NCBI GenBank assembly: GCA_031553555.1
Contig: JAVBLL010000002.1
Coordinates: forward strand, 17,738-81,737
DNA: 64,000 bases
Reading direction: 5' to 3'
From: Bacilli bacterium
GTDB lineage: Bacteria; Bacillota_I; Bacilli_A; ML615J-28; CAG-698
In this document: positions 59,085 through 64,000 of the stretch, piece by piece
How the letters are laid out: each line of letters opens with the position of its first letter
How positions within the stretch are numbered: the first letter of the stretch is position 1
The notes under the pieces: model-generated
What the model saw: the letters and a program-made list of their open reading frames with translations, nothing else
What the model was told of the DNA's origin: nothing
The model's database searches: none
Translations under genes and position numbers: made by a program

Positions 59085-59687
59085 ATGGGACATTATTATA
59101 ATACTGATAATCATTTAAAGTCAGAAACAAAAATAATTAAATACACTTTTGCTAATACCAACTTGCAATTTTTTAGTGATAATGGTGTTTTTTCAAAAGA
59201 CAGAGTGGATTATGGAACAAATATTTTATTGAATAATTTACCGAATTTAACAGAAGCAAAATCCATTTTAGATATCGGCTGTGGCATTGGTGTTGTGGGA
59301 ATATGTTTAGCGAAAAAGTATCCTGCCTCAAAAGTGGATATGACAGATGTCAATGAGCGTGCCATTTCTTTGGCGAAGAAGAATATTCATATGAATGAAC
59401 TAGCTAATGCTAATAGTTATTATAGTTTCTTATATGAAAATATAGTTGCTAACTATGATGTTATTATTAGTAATCCACCTATTAGAGCTGGTAAGACAGT
59501 TGTATATGGAATAATAGAACAAGGTTATAGCCATTTGAACGATACTGGCCAACTAATAGTGGTAGTACAAAAAAAACAAGGTGCTGAATCGCTTATGCGT
59601 AAAATGGATGAAGTCTATCAAAATGTTGAAATATTAGTTAAGCAAGATGGATATTACGTATTTAAGAGTATAAAAAATAAATGGTGA
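59085..59687 (+). CDS. class I SAM-dependent methyltransferase (YbxB/RsmC-like small rRNA MTase)
   Basis: Motif I ILDIGCGIGVVG and motif IV IISNPP, in the conserved rplL-ybxB-rpoB position. Confidence 0.75.
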   Translation: MGHYYNTDNHLKSETKIIKYTFANTNLQFFSDNGVFSKDRVDYGTNILLNNLPNLTEAKSILDIGCGIGVVGICLAKKYPASKVDMTDVNERAISLAKKNIHMNELANANSYYSFLYENIVANYDVIISNPPIRAGKTVVYGIIEQGYSHLNDTGQLIVVVQKKQGAESLMRKMDEVYQNVEILVKQDGYYVFKSIKNKW

Positions 59688-59849
59688 GAATAAGTTAAAA
59701 CTTATTTTCTTTGACTCTTTTAGTCTTTGAAAATGATGCTATTGTTCTCATTTTTTGTTTTGTTAAACATTCAAAAAGTATATTAATAAACTAAGAAAAT
59801 GATGTTTTCTTAAATGTTACTTAATATAAAAAAATTAATTAAAAAGAGT

Positions 59850-59878
59850 TTGACAATTTGACAATTAAAAGGTATAAT
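59850..59878 (+). promoter_or_regulatory. sigma-A promoter for rpoBC with tandemly duplicated -35 (TTGACAAT x2)
   Basis: TTGACA - 17 nt - TATAAT; the -35 octamer is directly repeated (59850-59857 and 59858-59865). Confidence 0.55.
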
Positions 59879-59945
59879 AGTATGATGCGTTTTATGTCTT
59901 TACAAGACGTAAAATCCACTTAAATAGTCAAGTGAGGTGGAAATT

Positions 59946-62900
59946 TTGAGTTTTAAAACGGTGGTATACGGAAAAAATCGTGAAAGAAGAAATTATTCCC
60001 GTGTACAAACAAATGTAGAACTTCCTAATTTAATTGAAGTTCAAACACAATCTTTTGAATGGTTTACTACACAGGGAGTTAAAGATTTATTTAAAGAGAT
60101 TTCTCCAATTAAAGACCATGCAGAAAAATTAGAGTTGTATTTTGGTGATTATGAATTTGATGCTCCTAAATATACTATTGAGGAAGCCAAAAGAAACGAT
60201 GCTAATTATGCTAGTGCTTTGAAAGTAGATGTGAGTCTTGTTAATAAAGAAACAGGAGAAATAAAATCTGAACCTCAAAAAATTTTCTTAGGTGAATATC
60301 CAATAATGACCCCATGGGGAACCTTTATTATCAATGGTGCCGAGCGTGTAATTGTCACACAGATTATTCGTTCAGCTGGTGTCTTCTTTTCAAGTGAAAT
60401 AGATAAGAAAAGCGGTAAAGCTATATATGCTGGACAAGTTATTCCTACACGCGGTGCGTGGATAGAATATGAGATGGGTAGCAGAGATATATGGTATGCG
60501 AAACTTGACCGTTCAAAGAAAATTCCTTTGACAACTTTTTTACGTGCTATGGGTATAAATTCCAATAAACAAATAAAAGAATTATTTGGTACATGTGAGT
60601 ATTTGGATAATACTTTTTCAAAAGATGAAACATTTGGTGCTGATGATGCATTGGAACAATTATATGATAAATTGCGTCCTGGTGAAAAATCAACTCCAGA
60701 AGGTGCTAGAAATTATTTAGCAACTCATTTATTTGAGACAAGACGTTATGATTTAGCTGACGTTGGCCGTTATAAAGTTAATAAAAAACTTTCAATTTTT
60801 TCGCGTTTAGAAAATGTTATTGATGATGCATTTTTTGCTAAAGATATTATTGATATCGAAACTGGTGAAATATTGTATAAAGTTGATGATGAAATTACAA
60901 AAGAAGCAGTAAACAACTTGAAAGAAAATTATAAAAATATTTTCAGCCAAGAATTTAAATACGAACAGATGCTAGAAGGAAACAGTGTTGTTTTAGAAGT
61001 TGTTGATGTTAGATTAAGTGATACAAATGAAGTTGTTCGTATAGTAGGTAACGATCAAAATGAGACATGCAATCACATCACCTTATCGGATATTCTTGCA
61101 TCAACTAGTTATTATATGAATCTTCATCAAAAAGTTGGTAGAGTAGATGACATTGATCATTTAGGTAATAGAAGATTACGTTTAATTGGCGAATTATTGC
61201 AAAACCAATTTAGAATTGGTTTAACAAAAATGGAAAAAAATGTTCGTGATAGAATGTCTATGTCAACTGATGCTCGAAATACAGTGCCGCAAAATTTAAT
61301 CAATATTCGTACATTAACATCCTCAATAAGAGAATTTTTTGGAAGTTCACAATTATCACAGTTCATGGATCAAATTAATCCATTGTCTGAATTAACGCAT
61401 AAGCGTCGTATTTCAGCGTTAGGTGCTGGTGGTTTAACACGTGATCGTGCAGGATTTGAAGTTCGTGACGTACATGTTTCACATTACGGTAGAATATGTC
61501 CTATTGAGACTCCGGAAGGCCAAAATATTGGTTTGATTAACTCTTTAGCGACTTACTCAAGGGCTGATAAGTATGGTTTCATTGAAACTCCATATTTGAA
61601 AGTTGAACAAATTCCAGGACAAAAACCAAAAGTCACAACTGAAAGAATATATCTTACTGCTGATAGAGAAGAAGAATATATTATTGCTCAAGCAAATGTA
61701 AAAGCAAACTCGAAAAATGAAATTACAGAAGAAAAAGTTATTGCTCGTCATAGAGGTGAAACAATTGAAGTTGAGGCTTTGAAAATCCAATTAATAGACG
61801 TATCGCCGAAGCAAATTGTCGCTGTTTCTACTGCTTGTATTCCATTTTTAGAACATGATGATGCTAATCGTGCCCTGATGGGGGCTAATATGCAACGTCA
61901 AGCAATACCATTGTTAAAACCTGAGGCACCATTTGTTGCAACGGGTATTGAAGCAAAAGCCGCTCATGATTCAGGTGTTGCAATAATATGCGAAAAAGAT
62001 GGTGTTGTTGAATATGTGGATGGTTTGAAAATAATCATTCGCGAAAAAGGTGGTTCTTTAAAAACCTATAAATTAACAAAATATGAACGTTCAAATCATT
62101 CAACTTGTGTTAATCAAATTCCAATTGTTGCAACTGGTGAAACGGTTGTTGCTGGCGCTGTTTTAGCTGATGGTGCTTCTATGGACCAAGGAGAAATGGC
62201 TTTGGGGCGTAATGTCGTAATTGCTTTTATGACTTGGAATGGTTATAATTATGAAGATGCTGTTATTATGAATGAGCGTTTGGTTCAAGATGATGTATAT
62301 ACATCTATTCATATTGAAAGATATGAGGTGGAAGTACGTGATACAAAATTAGGCAAAGAGGAAATAACCGCTGAACTAGAAAACGAGAAAAAAGAAGCAA
62401 TAATAAATTTGGATGAAAATGGAATTATTCGCTTAGGTGCTGAAGTTCGTGAGGGTGATGTTCTAGTTGGTAAAGTGACTCCAAAAGGTCAAACTGATCC
62501 AACTCCAGAAGAAAGATTGAGTAGAGCTTTATTTGCCGATAATTCAAAAGATGTTCGAAATACTTCCCTTCGTGTACCACACGGTGGAGGCGGTATTGTT
62601 CATCGTATTGAATATTTTAATCGTAAAAATGGTGATGAATTGGGTCCTGGTGTAAATGAAGCTGTTAGAGTATTTATTGTTCAGAAACGTAAAATCTCTG
62701 AAGGTGATAAAATGTCTGGTCGACATGGAAATAAGGGCGTTATTTCTAAAATTTTACCAGCTGAAGACATGCCATATATGGAAGATGGTACGCCAGTTGA
62801 TATTATGTTGAATCCACAAGGTATTCCAAGTCGTTTGAATATTGGTCAAGTTTTAGAAGTCCATTTAGGAATGGCTGCAAAAAAACTTGGTGTACACATT

Positions 62901-63458
62901 GCAACTCCGGTATTTGATGGAGTTAAATCAGAAGATTTAGCGGAAATTTTGGCTGAGGCAGGAATGGCAGTTGATGGTAAAGCATTATTGCGTGATGGAC
63001 GTACAGGTAGAGCATTTGATAATAATGTTAATGTAGGGGTCATGTATATGATTAAATTGGCTCACATGGTTGATGACAAATTGCATGCTCGTAGTGAAGG
63101 TCCTTATACTTTAGTTACACAACAGCCAATGGGCGGAAAAGCGCAAAATGGTGGCCAGAGATTTGGTGAAATGGAAGTGTGGGCTTTAGAGGCATATGGT
63201 GCCAGTTATTTGCTTCGTGAAATGTTGACAATCAAGTCTGATGATATAATTGGACGTAATAAAGTTTACAAAGCAATTGTTGACGGTGAACCTATTCCGG
63301 AACCGGGAATTCCAGAGTCATTTAGAGTTTTAGTTAAAGAACTTCAAGGGCTTGGATTGAGTGTCAAATTAATTGATAACGTAACAAAAGAAGATGTTGC
63401 TAATAAGAGTTTAGTTGAAGAAATGGCGAAAAATTCTAACAGCAAGTATGGCTTATAA
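59946..63458 (+). CDS. rpoB: DNA-directed RNA polymerase subunit beta
   Basis: TTG start 6 nt after a GAGGTGG RBS gives MSFKTVVYGKNRERRNY...ELPNLIEVQ, matching the RpoB N-terminus. The ORF-track start at 59937 is an upstream GTG. Confidence 0.9.
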   Translation: MSFKTVVYGKNRERRNYSRVQTNVELPNLIEVQTQSFEWFTTQGVKDLFKEISPIKDHAEKLELYFGDYEFDAPKYTIEEAKRNDANYASALKVDVSLVNKETGEIKSEPQKIFLGEYPIMTPWGTFIINGAERVIVTQIIRSAGVFFSSEIDKKSGKAIYAGQVIPTRGAWIEYEMGSRDIWYAKLDRSKKIPLTTFLRAMGINSNKQIKELFGTCEYLDNTFSKDETFGADDALEQLYDKLRPGEKSTPEGARNYLATHLFETRRYDLADVGRYKVNKKLSIFSRLENVIDDAFFAKDIIDIETGEILYKVDDEITKEAVNNLKENYKNIFSQEFKYEQMLEGNSVVLEVVDVRLSDTNEVVRIVGNDQNETCNHITLSDILASTSYYMNLHQKVGRVDDIDHLGNRRLRLIGELLQNQFRIGLTKMEKNVRDRMSMSTDARNTVPQNLINIRTLTSSIREFFGSSQLSQFMDQINPLSELTHKRRISALGAGGLTRDRAGFEVRDVHVSHYGRICPIETPEGQNIGLINSLATYSRADKYGFIETPYLKVEQIPGQKPKVTTERIYLTADREEEYIIAQANVKANSKNEITEEKVIARHRGETIEVEALKIQLIDVSPKQIVAVSTACIPFLEHDDANRALMGANMQRQAIPLLKPEAPFVATGIEAKAAHDSGVAIICEKDGVVEYVDGLKIIIREKGGSLKTYKLTKYERSNHSTCVNQIPIVATGETVVAGAVLADGASMDQGEMALGRNVVIAFMTWNGYNYEDAVIMNERLVQDDVYTSIHIERYEVEVRDTKLGKEEITAELENEKKEAIINLDENGIIRLGAEVREGDVLVGKVTPKGQTDPTPEERLSRALFADNSKDVRNTSLRVPHGGGGIVHRIEYFNRKNGDELGPGVNEAVRVFIVQKRKISEGDKMSGRHGNKGVISKILPAEDMPYMEDGTPVDIMLNPQGIPSRLNIGQVLEVHLGMAAKKLGVHIATPVFDGVKSEDLAEILAEAGMAVDGKALLRDGRTGRAFDNNVNVGVMYMIKLAHMVDDKLHARSEGPYTLVTQQPMGGKAQNGGQRFGEMEVWALEAYGASYLLREMLTIKSDDIIGRNKVYKAIVDGEPIPEPGIPESFRVLVKELQGLGLSVKLIDNVTKEDVANKSLVEEMAKNSNSKYGL

Positions 63459-63507
63459 ATTATAGAGTAACTCTCTATGTAGTTAAATATATTATGAGGT
63501 GGTTTTT

Positions 63508-64000
63508 TTGAAAAAATACGAGTACATGCAAATTGGTATAGCTTCTCCTGATGAAATCAGAGGTTGGAGTCGTGGTGAAGTTAAAAAGCATGAAACAATA
63601 AATTATCGTACTTTGAAACCGGAAAGAGACGGTTTATTTTGCGAGGTTATTTTTGGTCCTACTAAGGACTATCAATGTTCTTGCGGTAAACCAAGAAGAA
63701 CGGTTGAAAAAGGCGATGTTTGTGAAAAATGTGGAATTGAATTGACAGAAAGTAAAGTTCGCCGTGAACGTATGGGTCACATTGAATTAGAGGCTCCAGT
63801 TGTTCACACATGGTTTCTAAAAAATAGTCCTAGTAAAATATCTTTATTATTAGATATGAAAACAAAATATGTGGAAAACATTGTTTATTTGGCTTCGTAT
63901 ATTGTTGTTGATCCAGGGACTATTGAAGAATTAAAAAAGGGAACTATTTTAACTGAACAAGAGTGCAGTGATTATCAAAGACGTTATGGTTATGGAAAGT
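63508..64000 (+). CDS. rpoC: DNA-directed RNA polymerase subunit beta' (N-terminal part; continues beyond window)
   Basis: TTG start after [58 protein letters not shown], with the Zn-finger CSCGK...C. Confidence 0.9.
   Translation, partial: MKKYEYMQIGIASPDEIRGWSRGEVKKHETINYRTLKPERDGLFCEVIFGPTKDYQCSCGKPRRTVEKGDVCEKCGIELTESKVRRERMGHIELEAPVVHTWFLKNSPSKISLLLDMKTKYVENIVYLASYIVVDPGTIEELKKGTILTEQECSDYQRRYGYGK

Noticed and set aside
1-64000. CRISPR arrays, IS elements and transposase genes, rRNA operons
   Set aside because: No regularly spaced direct repeats, no DDE or HUH transposase-like translations and no rRNA-like sequence were seen. The only repeats found are short, namely the hairpins and the TTGACAAT duplication.

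Overview
This 64 kb window is an AT-rich, standard-code chromosome segment from a low-GC Firmicute. Gene order is Bacillus-like (ytfI-ytfJ / ytxK-ackA; cysS-mrnC-rlmB-sigH-rpmG-secE-nusG-rplK-rplA-rplJ-rplL-ybxB-rpoB-rpoC), and the ytfI/ytfJ pair suggests a spore-former, possibly Erysipelotrichia or Clostridia-like (low confidence). Almost all genes are on the + strand and are core housekeeping:
- pstB(3' end)-phoU, then a response regulator and histidine kinase, presumably Pho.
- Pyrimidine-nucleoside phosphorylase.
- A complete lplA-gcvT-gcvH-gcvPA-gcvPB-lpd operon.
- A heterodimeric ABC exporter pair.
- A peptidase neighbourhood (M32 carboxypeptidase, C-N hydrolase, PepF, PepT).
- ackA, ppiB, dnaE, pfkA, metG, rplM-rpsI, a second two-component system, and cysS through rpoC.

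The non-core content is concentrated in three places.
1. A small island immediately 3' of tRNA-Leu(CAA), about 6.35-8.4 kb. It carries a solitary minus-strand gene with its own strong promoter, encoding a PLD/HKD-family nuclease fused to an uncharacterised roughly 200 aa C-terminal domain. Next to it is a RelE/ParE-type toxin relic interrupted by two in-frame TAA codons and lacking an antitoxin. I flag this as a candidate single-gene DNA-targeting (defense-like) element.
2. An accessory-looking module at 15.1-18.8 kb. An XRE-HTH plus TPR (RNPP/Rgg-like) regulator is flanked by two paralogous lipoproteins, a PNPOx-like protein and a small membrane protein.
3. A tandem pair of large paralogous surface proteins (38.2-42.4 kb), each with a signal peptide and a C-terminal TM anchor, wedged between ppiB and dnaE.

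I also found an rpmG (L33) gene missing from the ORF track, several intrinsic terminators, sigma-A promoters, a probable leaderless lplA start, and a perfect 18-bp palindrome. I saw no CRISPR array, IS element, integrase or rRNA. All calls are from reading the sequence and translations; no searches were run.
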